This document shows, piece after piece, positions 38,576-51,675 of a DNA stretch of 64,000 bases. The DNA comes from Squalus acanthias. Its lineage: Eukaryota. How positions within the stretch are numbered: the first letter of the stretch is position 1; each line of letters begins with the position of its first letter. The stretch spans positions 71,922,001-71,986,000 of the forward strand of contig CM059432.1 in NCBI GenBank assembly GCA_030390025.1. Reading direction: 5' to 3'. The translations under genes and the position numbers were made by a program. The notes beneath the pieces were generated by a model, which ran no database searches, was not told the origin of the DNA, and saw nothing but the letters and a program-made list of their open reading frames with translations.

Positions 38576-40727
38576 TTACGTAGCACTTGAATCATGTTCT
38601 TTTGACTATGGGTGATAAAATCCAAATTTTCTTTTGAAACCCTTTTTCAGGTCAATGATTATGTTCAGATAATGATGTGCTATTCAGTGAAGTTGTACAG
38701 TTTTATTTTACTTTTTTATCAATAAGTATGGCCTTCCTGTGGGTGTTGCTGTCCTATGGATGCTCCAAGAAAGATGCCTTGGTGTTTGGGAAACTGTTTG
38801 ATGAGAATAAATATGTCTGACTTGGAGAAAAAGATGATTGTCTTTTTTTTAATTTGTTCCTGGGATGTGGGCATCACTGACAAGGCCAGCATTTATTGCC
38901 CATCCCTAATTGTCCTTGAGAAGGTGATGGTGAGCCGCCTTCTTGAACCGCTGCAGTCCATGTGGTCTCCTACTGGATTCCATTGTGTGACTTAATCTGA
39001 ACATGTGATGCCATTTCATTTGTATTTGTTAGAATATACTAAAAAATTCCATTGCCAATTTTCTTACTGCCCTTCCTCTTTTGAAGGTGTTGACTTCTTG
39101 CTACAGTACTGATATCAGATGCCCGCCAGTAGTTTGGCCAACTGATCATTTTGCAAGTGTGAGGCTAAATCGTAAGAGTCAGCAGGATATTTAGCATAGT
39201 GGGGACCCTAGTCAACCTCAATTCTCATTTTCAAACATCATCCACATACTATTCAGCAGAGGCTGCTAGATAACAATCAGGAGCATTTTCCCCTCCCTAA
39301 CCCAGGGCGCAGGCAGGATTAGAAACCCTGCCACTGCTACTGCCCCAGCTGAGATCAATACAGGCTGAGCATTGAACCTGGGACCTTTCAGGGTCTGTTT
39401 ATCTCAGTTACTCACCGGATAAATTTGTTGGGCTAGTAAGAGAGTTCTGTAGGTTGCCATTGGCAATAGATTTAAATAATGGCAACTAATTTCTGAATGT
39501 ATGTTTTAATTTACTGCCTTAAGATACTTTTTCAAGAATTATTGGCTTCATGCTTGCGTGGTAACTAGATAGTTACTGCCAGGACACTTCCTAAGTTCTA
39601 TAGCTTGTGCAATTTTCAACTGTAAATGCAACCAAAATATGAATATAACATGAGGAGCTGTTACACATCCCATGCACAGATATACCTTTACCAAATACAG
39701 ACAGTACTATTGGGCAGCTGTAGACAACTGTTGTATTAAGTTTAAAAGTGATGTCTTTCCACCACCTTCTATTATGTTTAAGGAAACTATGCATTCTTAA
39801 AAACAATCTATAAATTCTAAATATAATCAGGAATAACAATCCCTGCCAGGACGGAAACTGTCCAAACAGAATTGGATGGATGCCTAAGATCTGTGCAGTC
39901 TGCCAAACAAAGAAACTGCAGCTCAGGATAATGTTTCATGAAAAGTGATGAGGATCACACTAAGGGCATTTTCCCAGACTGATTGCATCTGTTCAGAATT
40001 TTAACTTTCTGCTGGTTACTGCTACAAATAAGATTTGACACCAGCACAATCATTAAATGGAAAAAAGGAAAATACATTTTTGGATCCAGTACTGGCACAA
40101 GTGTATTCTCCATCACTTTCGTTGGAGGGGATAGCTGGCACTCTATCAGAAAGAATATCTTGACATTTTTTGACTTGCTAAGAAAGGATTTTTTGTCAGG
40201 CTAATTAATAGACAAGAATAGACATCACAGGAAATTGATTCAAGGCTGCACATATTGAGAATTCAGGCGTGGGGAGTCAGTGATCCCCACAGGATTTATG
40301 GCTGAATTCATGACATGCCCTTCTGGCATGCAAAGTTCCAGGCTGGGAGCGCAAATTTGTAAATTCTTCCCCATAGCAATGATGGGGCACTGTTATATAA
40401 TATCTGATATATGTACCTTTTCCCAGTTCCCCCTCCTCCATGGTATTTGTGAGAATATTTGAAAGAGTTTCTGCATCATTGCCTAAAACTGTGGGATTAT
40501 GTGACGAGCGTATCAGTGCGTCAAATAACATCTACTACAGGCTGGCACCTGGGCTTTATAAGTCATGAGCTAGCTATTAGGCCAGGATTTCACAAAATAT
40601 AATTAAGGCCACTGGGTTGCAATGACTATGTCAAATTCTGTTTATTGAAATGATTCTGGGATTTTAGTGACCTGTTGGCGATTTTGATTTGCAATTCGAT
40701 CTGTTTTTCCATAAAAACATAAAGAGA

Positions 40728-41186
40728 GGATACAGAAGAGATTTGCCAGGACTGGAGAATTTTAGCTATGAGGAAAGATTGGATAGGCTGGGGTTGTTTT
40801 CTTTGGAACAGAGGAGGCTGAGGGGAGACTTGATTAAGGTGTATAAAATTATGAGGGCCCTAGATAGAGTGGACATGAAGGGCCTATTTCCATCAGCAGA
40901 GAGGTCAATAACCAGGGGGCATAGATTTAAAGTAATTGGTAGAAGGATTAGAGGGGAGCTGAGGAGAACATTTTTCACCCAGAGGGTGGTGGGGGTCTGG
41001 GATTCACTGCCTGAAAGGATGGTAAAAGCAGAAACCCTCATCGTATTTAAAAAGTACTTGGATATACAAGGCTACGGACCAAGAGCTGCAAAGTGGGATT
41101 AGGCTGGATGGTTCTTTTTTGGCCGGCACAGATACGATGGGCCGAATGGCCTCCTTTTGTGCCATAAACTTCTATGATTCTATGAA
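40728..41186 (+). mobile_element. 5'-truncated CR1
   Basis: ORF 40689-41102 is the ORF2 C-terminus; CTATGATTCTATG tail; possible AAAGAGA TSD. Confidence 0.9.
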
Positions 41187-41293
41187 AAAGAGAAGTGAAA
41201 AAGTCAAAGCCAGTGGTAGTGGGTAGTGCACTGGATTATAACTCCAGAACCAGGATTCAAAACCAGGTTATACTGATGGCATGAAAGTATTCC

Positions 41294-41464
41294 GGGATAG
41301 ATTTTCATCTTCACCGCCTGGGCAGTAATATGGCGAGGTGAATTGTCCACTCATTATATAACCTGCCTCATTTTCATTCAATGATAATCTGGCAGTTTCT
41401 ATAAAGGGCAGGCATTGCACCCCACCAGATTACTTCCTAGACAGTGAAAACGAAAATCTCCCCC
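41294..41464. mobile_element. 171-bp palindromic MITE with Harbinger-like ends
   Basis: GGGATAGATTTTCATCTTCACCGCCTGGGCAGTAAT vs rc end GGGGGAGATTTTCGTTTTCACTGTCTAGGAAGTAAT; flanks TCC/TCT. Confidence 0.75.
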
Positions 41465-42699
41465 TCTGTGTCTGTCTGTTGGAAAGGTCTGAAGTGAAAT
41501 GAGTTTGGAGTATCTAAGTTGTAGTCATAATGTCACTTTTATCTCGCTGCCTCTCCAGAGTTGGGTCCCAATCTGAGTCCAAAAGACAACTATGTGAGAT
41601 CCCCTTGGGGAAGTTGTCTTACATTATTGGATTTGACACTCCCAGTCTCCAGACACTATTTGGAACATAACTGCATTGTAGTGTCAAGCTGCGTTTACAA
41701 TGTGTTCAGGGTATTTGCTGATTCTCCTGGGTACTTTGTAAACTTACTAAATATTTTTTAATGTTCTGAGAAAGAGTAAGTGTGCGTGCCCAGAGCTCTC
41801 CCAAGGCTGAAGGAGTGCAGCTCACAGCTACGGACAGCACACACTTTAACAAGGGTCTTGCTGGATGCACGCCACAAAATGAAATTGTGCGAGAAACATT
41901 TTCAACCAATGCAATATAGTTTGAGAATAGAATATAACCAGGAGAATGAGTGCAGGCCTATTAAGACAAATGTACCTCCTGGCAATAGATGGTAAGGATT
42001 CTGGGGCAGAGGCATGTGGACAGGTAAATTTTCCCCTCACCCCATGACCAGGAATATGCACAGCACAGGGACATCAAAGGGAAGGTGAAAAAGTTCCATA
42101 AATTTAAAAGAAACATTGAAAGATGGTTGTTAAGGAATTATCAGTATATGCCTATGTGGTGATCTTAGCAACAACACTATGCTGATATCTGTGACCATTT
42201 AAGGCATTAAAACCTTTGTTGGTGATACTTAAATGCTACATTACTGATACTGCACCGAAATTCTGCACCATTAAATTAAACTACATGGCCTGGTTAGCTG
42301 AATACTGTTAGCGATGTAGATCATGGTGTTAACTTATTCAGCAGTATTGCTCAAGAGTTGAACTTCACTTCTGAAAAGACTTTCAATCTATGAACACAAT
42401 GCTCATAAACTACATGGTTTTTGAACTTGTTGAAATATAAATTGCAATTCTATTCCAATCATTTCTATCTCAATCACAACTAATTCAGCTGATGAAATAC
42501 AACACATACTTGGGAAAGTCTTGAAGAACTTTTTTCTCAATTGGAAATTGTTTGGCAAACTTCTTTTATAACTCTGTTTATCAACATTATTTTGCAATGA
42601 CACAATTAATTTTAAAATGGATCACGGTGCCAAAAACATGACATTGTATTGATCGCATATATATCACAAAGAAAATAATGGATGGGTATTACAAATCAA

Positions 42700-43030
42700 T
42701 CAGTCTGTGCCAACTCAGCTGCGCTCAGGCAGGTTGGCAATGGTCTATTATAATTAGCTTCAATGTCCCTTAGTTGGGGGAAGAAAGTCAGGCAGAGTTC
42801 GCACTCCTGATTGCTATCCATTGGCCCCTACTGCAAACTGCATATGTTGGTTGGAAATAGAATTAGGCTCATCTGTGATGTTTTCCACTCACTGCTTAAA
42901 CTCACTCATGAAGAATGGACACTGGTGGTGAGATACCAGGGAGTAGTTGGTGCTTGTGGAACCACACCCCAGCAAGAGTCGGGGAGAAATTGGTTCCTAT
43001 TGCGGCCGATTTCTGGGGGGAAAAGGAGTT
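42700..43030 (+). mobile_element. Old dispersed SINE-like repeat; other copies at about 14570-14700 (+) and 39070-39430 (-)
   Basis: Shared core CTCCTGAT(T/G)G(C/T)TATC.....(C)C.CT(G)..G in three places; family not identified. Confidence 0.5.
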
Positions 43031-43546
43031 GGGGGACCAATTTCTGGACATGAATTCCTGCGCCTGATCCCCACCCCCCACATTGCGCATCCCCCCCCCC
43101 ACCCCACCCCGCCCCCCGCAGAAGTGCACCAACTGCAAATTTGGCATCTGCCAACATCTGTTTGTTTGGAGAGCCAGCCTAAAACAGGCGTTAGGCTCCT
43201 GGAATATGCTGATCAGGAGTATAATGTTTAGTTTTAGAAACCTGATGCCAAATTCATTAAAAGTTTGGTGGAGCATGCTCTGCTCAGCTTTTCTGGGTGT
43301 ACCACAGCCTAACAGCAGCAACAGCAGCAGCGGCGGCAGAGCGGACCTGGGAGGAGCGGTGAGGCGGCAGAGGTGGTACCAACTCAGCACTGGCAGAATT
43401 TTCAAAGAGTGACGTCAGAAGTCAAAAGTGATGGCACAAGGGGAGAGAACTGATTGGTGAGTATCTGGTAAGTGTTTTTACTTAGCTTTCTTAAAGTTTT
43501 TAAGTTTATTCCAGCTAGTTTAGTAAATTAGAGGTTAATTAGAGGT

Positions 43547-44496
43547 ATGGCAGGGCAGCTCAGACCTGTGGAATGCACATCCTGTGCCATATGGGAAGTC
43601 CTGGACACCTCCTGTGGTCTGGACGACCACATGTGAGGGAAGTGTCGCCAGCTACAGCAGCTCGAGCACCTGGTTATGGAGCTTGAGCGGCGGCTGCAGT
43701 CACTGCTGTGCATCCGCAAGGCTGAGAGCTACGTGGATAGCATGTTTTGGGAGGTGGTCACCCTACAGTTTAAGAGTGTGCAGGCAGAGAGGGAATGGGT
43801 GACCGTCAGACAGAAGAGGAGGACCAGGCAGGTAGTGCAGGAGTCCCCTGAGCCCATCTTGCTCACCAACCAGTATTCGGTGCTGAGTACTGGTGAGGGC
43901 GATGGTTCCTCTGGGGAGTGCAGCCAGAACCAAGTCCACAACACCATGGAAGGCTCAGCTGCACAGGCGGGGGGGAAGAGGAGAGGGAGAGCAATAGTGA
44001 TAGGGAATTCAATAGTTAGGGGAGCAGACAGGCGTTTCTGCGGCCGCAGACGTGACTCCAGGATGGTACGTTGCCTCCCTGGTTCCAGGGTCAAGGATGT
44101 CACTGAACGGCTGCAGGGCATTCTGAGGGGGGAGGGTGAACAGCCAGAGGTCGTGGTCCATATCGGTACCAATGACATAGGTAGGAAGAGGGATGAGGTC
44201 CTGCAGGCAGAGTTTAGGGAGCTAGGAAAGAGGTAAAAAGCAGGACCTCAAAGGTAGTAATCTCCGGATTACTACCAGTGCCACGTGCTAGTGAGTATAG
44301 AAATAGGAAGATAGAGCAGATGAATGCGTGGCTGGAGAGATGGTGTAGGAGAGAGGGCTTCAGATTCCTGAGGAATTGGAACCGTTTCTGGGGGAGGTGG
44401 GACCTCTACAAGCCAGATGGGTTGCACCTCAATGGGAACGGGACCAATATCCTCGCGGGAGGGTTTGCTCGTGCTGTTGGGGAGGGTTTAAACTAG
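43547..44496 (+). pseudogene. CR1 ORF1: Zn-finger/coiled coil + SGNH esterase-like domain
   Basis: CTSC..C(stop)GKC, IVIGNSIVRG, HIGTND, DGLHLN; stop at 43634 and a frameshift near 44236. Confidence 0.88.
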
Positions 44497-47271
44497 CTTG
44501 GCAGGGGGATGGGAGCCTAAGTATAGAGTCAATAGGGAGGGAAGAAAAACTGGAATTGGAAAACAAAAACGTAGAAAGTAAATTGGAAGGACAGAGGAAT
44601 CAAGGGCTAGATAGTAGTCAACAAGGAGGTTTGCCTGTACTAAATGGTATATATTTCAATGCAAGGAGTACAGCGAACAAGGCAGATGAGCTGAGGGCAC
44701 AGGTAGATACTTGGGACTATGATATTATAGCTATTACAGAGACGTGGCTGAAAGAGAGGCAGGTATGGCAGCTCAACATTCCTGGTTACAGGATTTTCAG
44801 ACAGGATAGAGAGGGAGGTAAAAAGGGAGGGGGGGTCACGGTATTGATTAAAGAAACTATTACAGCTGTGAGGAGGGATAATATGTTGGAGGAATCATCA
44901 AACGAGGCCATATGGGTCGAATTGAAAAACAAAAAAGGGGCGATCACACTGCTGGGAGTGGACTACAGACCCCCAGACAGTGAGAGGGAGATAGAAGAAC
45001 AAATATGTAGACAAATTTCTGAGAAGTGCAAAAACTATAGGGCAGTAATAGTAGGGGATTTCAACTACCCCAATATTAACTGGGATAAAATTAGTGTGAA
45101 GGGTATAGAAGGTGCGGAATTCCTAAAATGCATCCAGGAGAACTTTTTTAGCCAGTATGCAGCAAGCCCAACAAGGGAGGGGGCAGTTCTGGACTTAGTT
45201 TTAGGGAATGAAGCTGGGCAGATAGAAGGTGTATCAGTGGGGGATCATTTTGGTGCTAGTAACCATAATTCATAGATTTAAGGTAGTTATGGAAAAGGAC
45301 AAGGATAGACCAGGAATAAAAATTCTAAATTGGGGAAAAGCAAATTTTGCTAAGCTCAGAGGGGATTTAGCCATAGTGGACTGGAAACAGCTACTTGAAG
45401 GTAAATCAGTGTCAGAGCAGTGGGAGGCATTCAAGGACGAGATCCGGAGGGTTCAGACCAAACATGTGCCCTTAAAGAAAAAAGGTGGGACTAACAAGCC
45501 CCCTGGATGTCTAGAGATATGCAGGGTAGGATAAAGAAAAAAAGGGAGGCCTATGACAGATACCGAGGGCTAAATACTCCAGAGCCTTTAGAGGAGTACA
45601 GAAAGTGCAGGGGTGCAATTAAAAAGGATATTAGGAAAGCAAAGAGAGAGCATGAAAAATTCTTGGCAAGTAAAATCAAGGAAAACCCACAGATGTTTTA
45701 TAAATTTTTAAGAGTAAGAGGATAACTAAAGAAAGGGTAGGGCTGATTAGAGATCATGAGGGTAATCTGTGTGTGGAGGCGGGAGACGTCAGTAGGGTTC
45801 TTAATGAATACTTTGTGTCTGTTTTCACAAAGGAGAGGGGTGAAGCAGACATTGCTATTGGGGGGGAGGAGTGTGAAATATTAGATAAAATAAACATATT
45901 GAGAGAGGAAGTATTAAGGGGTTTAGCAGCTTTAAAAGTGGATAAATCCCCAGGCCCGGATGAAATGTATCCCAGGCTGTTAAGCGAAGCAAAAGAGGAA
46001 ATAGCAGAGGCCCTGACCATCATTTTTCAATCCTCTCTGGCTTCAGGTGTGGTGCCGGAGGACTGGAGGACTGCTAATGTGGTACCCTTGTTTAAAAAGG
46101 GGGAAAAGGATAGACCGAGTAATTACAGGCCAGTCAGCCTAACCTCGGTGGTGGGAAAATTATTGGAAAGAATTCTGAAGGACAGGATAAATCTTCATTT
46201 AGAAAGATACGGATTAATCAAGAATAGTCAGCACAGATTTGTTAAGGGAAGGTCGTGTCTGACAAACTTGATTGAATTTTTTGAGGAGGTAACAAGGAGG
46301 GTAGATGAGGGTAGTGCATTTGATGTAGTGTATATGGACTTTAGCAAGGCATTTGATAAGGTTCCACATGGCAGACTGGTCACGAAGTTAAAAGCCCATG
46401 GGATCCAGGGCAAAGTGTCAAGTTGGATTCAAAACTGGCTCAGAGACAGGAAGCAGAGGGTAATGGTTGATGGGTGTTTTTGTGACTGGAAGGCTGTTTC
46501 CAGTGGGGTTCCACAGGGCTCAGTACTAGGTCCCTTGCTTTTTGTGGTATATATCAACGATCTTGACTTGAATATAGGGGGTATGATTAAGAAGTTTGCA
46601 GATGATACTAAAATCGGCTGTGTGGTTGATACTGAAGAAGGAAGCTGTAGACTGCAGGAAGATATCAATAAATTGGTCAGGTGGGCAGAACAGTGGCAAA
46701 TGAAATTCAATCTGGAGAAGTGTGAGGTAATGCATTTGGGGAAGGCTAACAAGGAAAGGGAATACACATTAAATGGTAGGACACTGAGTAGTGTAGAGGA
46801 ACAAAGGGACCTTGGAGTGCATGTCCACAGATCCCTGAAGATAGCAGGCCAAGTAGATAAGGTGGTTAAGAAGGCATACGGAATGCTTGCCTTTATTAGC
46901 CGTGGCATAGAATACAAGAGCAGGGGGGTTATGCTTCAACTGTATAAAACACTAGTTAGGCCTCAGCTAGAGTACTGCGTGCAGTTCTGGTCACCACATT
47001 ACAGGAAAGATGTGATTGCACTAGAGAGGGTACAGAGGAGATTTACAAGGATGTTGCCAGGAGTAGAGAATCTTAACTATGAGGAAAGACTGGATAGGCT
47101 GGGTCTGTTTTCCTTGGAACAGAGGAGGCTGAGGGGAAACCTTATTGAGGTGTATAAAATTATGAGGGGCATAGATAAAGTTGATAGAAAGGACCTATTT
47201 CCCTTAGCAGAGGGGTCAAAAACCAGGGGGCACAGATTTAAAGTAATTGGTGGAAGGTTTAGAGGGGATTT
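44497..47271 (+). pseudogene. CR1 ORF2 (APE endonuclease + reverse transcriptase), frameshifted in the linker
   Basis: NARS, ITETW, YRPP, GDFN; 500-aa open RT segment 45773-47275 with PQGSVLGP and FADD. Confidence 0.93.
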
Positions 47272-47282
47272 ATAGAGTCATA

Positions 47283-48020
47283 GGGGTAAAAATTGAGTCG
47301 CGCCCCATTTGGGGCGCTAACCTCGCCGGGGCGCGACTTTTAGCGCCCCGAAAAAATTAGCGGCCCCGCGCCGGAACTTCAGTGGTTGCGCCCCAAGAGG
47401 GAAGCGGGAAGCAACTGGAAGCAGCCCGCATCCCTCTTGGGGCGCTGCGAGTGAATATCCTGGCGCTACGTGCCGCAGCGTCACGCGCTGCGGCACGTCG
47501 CGCCGCGGTATTGCAGGCCTTCCTCCCCTTCTTAAAGGGGAGGGACCCTGCGCAGCGCGAACCGGGGCCCAGCTGGGCCCCCAGGGATCGGGAGTGCCGG
47601 CAAAAGAGCCCGGCACTCAAGAGAAGTGCCGGGCTCTTGGAGCGCAGCCGGCACTTCACGGTGGGGGGGCTTCACGGGGGCCGGGGGCAGGTGCTGGCAG
47701 GCGGCCACCTCCGCTTTAAATATCGCCGCCCCGGCCGCACGTACGCCTCCCTGAACCCGTCGGACATAGCGTCTGGCGGTAAATCAGGGGGCGCGACTGA
47801 AGATCACGGCCGGGGCGCGAGCGGGGTGCTGCGCACGGCGATGACGTCATCGCCGGCGGCGCAGCGCCACAGGGCGCTACCGGCTGCCGCCGCCGCTAAC
47901 CTCCCACTAAATTTTTCGGGAGGCGTGGGCGGCGCTGCGCCCGGGCGTTAGCTGCTTTACGCCCCATTAGCGCCCACTTAAGGCGCTAACGGGAGGCGCA
48001 AGCAGCTGAATTTTTCCCCC
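47283..48020. mobile_element. Harbinger MITE in a CR1 tail
   Basis: TIRs GGGGTAAAAATT / AATTTTTCCCCC; TSD ATA (47280-47282, 48021-48023); colinear with 21239-21893. Confidence 0.93.
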
Positions 48021-49115
48021 ATAATAGAGTTATACAGCACAGAAAGAGGCCCTTCGGCCCATCGTGTCCGCACCGGCCATCAAGCCCTGTCTATTCTAAT
48101 CCCATTTTCCAGCACTTGGTCCGTAGCCTTGTATGCTATGGCGTTTCAAGTGCTCATCTAAATGCTTCTTGAATGTAGTGAGGGTTCCTGCCTCTACCAC
48201 CCTTTCAGACAGTGAGTTCCAGATTCCAACCACCCTCTGGGTGAAAAGTTTTTCCTCAAATCCCCTCTAAACCTCCTGCCCCTTACCTTGAAACTATGCC
48301 CCCTTGTTATTGACCCCTCTACTAAGGGGAAAAGTTCATTTCTATCTACCCTATCTATGCCCCTCATAATTTTGTACACCTCAATCAGGTCCCCCCTCAG
48401 CCTTATCTGCTCTAAGGAAAACAACCCCAGCCTGTCCAGTCACTCTTCATAGCTGAAGCGCTGCAACTCAGGTAACATCCTGGTGAATCTCCTCTGCACC
48501 CTCTCCAATGCAATCACATCCTTCCTATAGTGTGGCAACCAGAACTGCACACAGTATTCCAGCTGTGGCCTAACTAGCGTTTTGTACAGCTCTGTTGAGG
48601 CTGCCGCGAAACACGAATTAAGACTGAATCCATGTGTGGAAAACAAAGGCTTTTTAATACAACTGCATGGTCCAAAATGGCAAAACAGACTGCTCCCAGA
48701 ATTCTCTGGAAAAATCCTGAGGCCCCGCCCACTCCTTTTCTCCTCCCTTAAAGGCAAGGGGGTAGAAATTAGGTCGCGCCCCATTTGGGGCGCAAATATC
48801 GTCCGCGCGCAAATATTAGCGCCTGGCGCTAATTATCGGCACTGACAGGAAACTTCACTTTTACCGCCCCGGGAGGTGAGTGGAGCGCTAAATTAGGCGC
48901 TGCACACCTCTCTTAAGGCGCAAAGGCCTAGGAGTGAGGCGCTAACTCAGCGCACGAGCGCAGCGCAGCTGCTGCCAGTTAGCGAGGGAACACAGACACA
49001 CTGGCGCCGGACACTTCTTAAAGCGGGGGGGGCCACTTGCTCCCCAGCCACACCCTGCTCATTGCAGCCTTGAATCTCAGCCTGGAGAGACCTGTAATCC
49101 ATTTTGCTGCCAAGC

Positions 49116-51381
49116 ATGGAGAGGGTGAGAGAACGCGCTCATCACTTCACCGAGCGGGCCTTGGATGCTCTGGTTGACGCAGTGGAGCGCAGACGATGCA
49201 TGCTGTTCCCGGAGAGTGGCAGGAGGCCTTTGCCACGCGAGTTCAGAAGAGTGTGGAGGGAGGTGGCTCAGAGCGTCTCCTCCAGGAGCATGGTGCCCAG
49301 GACCCATGTCCAGTGCCGCAAAAAGTTCAACGACCTCACTCGGGTCGTCAGGGTGAGTGGCTTTTTCTCAATACCTCTCCATCCCTCCATCTCAACCTCA
49401 CTCTATGGCCAGAGGGTCTTAAAACCCCAATGCACAACACTCATGCAACACCTATGGCCCTTTCATCAAACACACACACACATTCCACACTTTGCATACA
49501 GTAAGGGCTATTCACCTATGGGAGGCACATCAGGCAAGACCATGGCTGCATACAGTAAGGGCTATTCACCTATGGGAGGCACATCAGGCAAGACCATGGC
49601 TGCATATTGTAAGGGCTATTCACCTATGGGAGGCACATCAGGCAAGACCATGGCTGCATACAGTAAGGGCTATTCACCTATGGGAGGCACATCAGGCAAG
49701 ACCATGGCTGCATACAGTAAGGGCTATTCACCTATGGGAGGCACATCAGGCAAGACCATGGCTGCATACTGTAAGGGCTATTCACCTATGGGAGGCACAT
49801 CAGGCAAGACCATGGCTGCATATTGTAAGGGCTATTCACCTATGGGAGGCACATCAGGCAAGACCATGGCTGCATATTGACTCAGATGCTGTCCTTTTTC
49901 TTGCAGGCTAAGCTGGCTCATAATCGGAGACAGCAGCAACGGACGGGTGGAGGGCGGCTTCAGCTGCAACCCCTCAGCGATCTGGAGGAGTGCGTCCACA
50001 GGATTGTGGCAAGCCGGGTTATCGGTCCCGTCGCCACTGGAGACGCCGACCCCGTTGTGGACAGCAATGGTAAGGTCATCACCTTTTTGTCCTCTGTCCT
50101 TCCACTTGTCCCTCACAATACCAGCCTTTGACACTTTCAATCCAACTTGCTAACTCGCTGCACTTATTCCTCCCTTACTGCCACCCTGTCCTCACGCTAA
50201 AGCCACTCTTGTACCTCCCTGCTTTCAGATGGTGATTCACCAGCTGAGGAGATGGTCCCTGAAGCTGCCACTGGGAGTGATGCTGCAGCTGAGGAGGAAG
50301 AGGAAGCCGGAGCATCAGTGCCACCCTCTCCCGAGGAAGCCCATGGCCACACTGGGAACACGCCTTCCCCGGAGGGGAGCAGGGGGGAAGGGGCTGATGA
50401 TGGTGAAGTTCCAGGACCCAGCGGGCTGCAGCAACGCCATGGGGGGGGAGGGAAGAACGGGGGAGCAGGGGGGAAGGGGCTGATGATGGTGAAGTTCCAG
50501 GACCCAGCGGGCTGCAGCAACGCCATGGGGGGGGGAGGGAAGAACGGGGGAGCAGGGGGGAAGGGGCTGATGATGGTGAAGTTCCAGGACCCAGCGGGCT
50601 GCAGCAACGCCATGGGGGGGGGAGGGAAGAACGGGAGCCTTCTCCCCAGAGGGAGAGTATGCCAGACACTCCTAATGCAATGGACGCAGAGGAGGAGCGG
50701 CTGATTGCAGAAATGAACAGCCAGGCGGTGGTCATGCACACTGAGCTCATGGGTGCAGTGGGAAGGGTGCCCGAATGCATTGAGGCACTGGCAAGGAGTG
50801 TGGAGCACTTCGCTGTAGCACAGGCGGATGCCACACTAAAGCTTACTGCTGCAATTCAGTCACTGGCTGCCAGGAACCCATCTGAGCCTGCTCTCATGCA
50901 GACTCAGATTGAGGCCACGCGAGCACTGACTGCTGCCATCCTCGATGGTTCGTGCACATGTCCCCGGGGCTGTCACCGCGCCGCAGCAGGCCAGCAATCT
51001 GTTCTCCGGCAAATTGCTCCGGATGCTGAAGTGCTGCCCCGTGGGAGTGCCAGTGTGTCGGGCGAGCAGGGAGTTGCTGTCCTCTCTCACGATGACAGCA
51101 TTCCTGCTGCCAACACTGTCACTTCTCCACTGCACTTGCCACCGCCTGTAGGACAGACTGCTGCCGCCCATGCAGAGTTGGTGCAGTCTGCAGCCGGGCC
51201 CTCCAGGCCCAGAAGTGGTCGAGGCCGTCCTTCAGGGGCATCTGCAGTGTCAGGGTCTGACAAGCAGCAGCCTTCCACCAGCCTTGCTGCAGCCACTGAG
51301 GTCCCATTACGGAGGAGCAGTAGGGTTAGAAGGGGGGAAGTGCGCAAGGGAAGGAGATCACCCTCGAAGGGCAAAAAGTAG
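49116..51381 (+). CDS. 3-exon Myb/SANT-like DNA-binding protein (exons 49116-49352, 49907-50069, 50229-51381); one apparent -1 frameshift in G8 at 50441-50448
   Basis: HFTERALDALVDAV..LFP..WREVAQSV..RTHVQCRKKFNDL; exon 2 AKLAHNRRQQQRTGGG; canonical GTGAGT/GTAAGG donors and TGCAG/TTCAG acceptors. Confidence 0.85.
49493..49878 (+). repeat. 54-bp minisatellite x7 in intron 1 of the Myb-like gene
   Basis: Unit TGCATA(CA/TT/CT)GTAAGGGCTATTCACCTATGGGAGGCACATCAGGCAAGACCATGGC. Confidence 0.97.
50374..50635 (+). repeat. 86/87-bp tandem repeat x3 in exon 3
   Basis: CTGATGATGGTGAAGTTCC recurs at 50394, 50480 and 50567. Confidence 0.95.
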
Positions 51382-51675
51382 GAGGTGTGCCAAAATGCTG
51401 GTCATTTTTTTATTAAAGGCCGAGGTTCATGGCCCAACTTTTGTTTAGTGTTTTGGACATTATCTCCAGGTTGTGAGAACCAGTTATGTTATTGACTGTT
51501 TTTTTGTGTTTATTTCTATGAGTTTGTCATGAGGAATTGACACACACAGAGTTTGTACAATAAATAAGTTTCTGTATTCAAAATATACATGGCTGGTGGT
51601 TGGAATTATTGGTGCCTTGGCCGGCTTAGGGGTTGCGTGCTGGGTTGATTCGTGTTTGTAGCACTGGCAGGGGCC

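Noticed and set aside
41780..41995. Host exon ending at GATG|GTAAGG
   Set aside because: A donor-like site only; no clear acceptor and no recognisable protein.
49493..49878. CRISPR-like array
   Set aside because: Contiguous 54-bp units with no unique spacers, inside a eukaryotic intron, with no cas genes.
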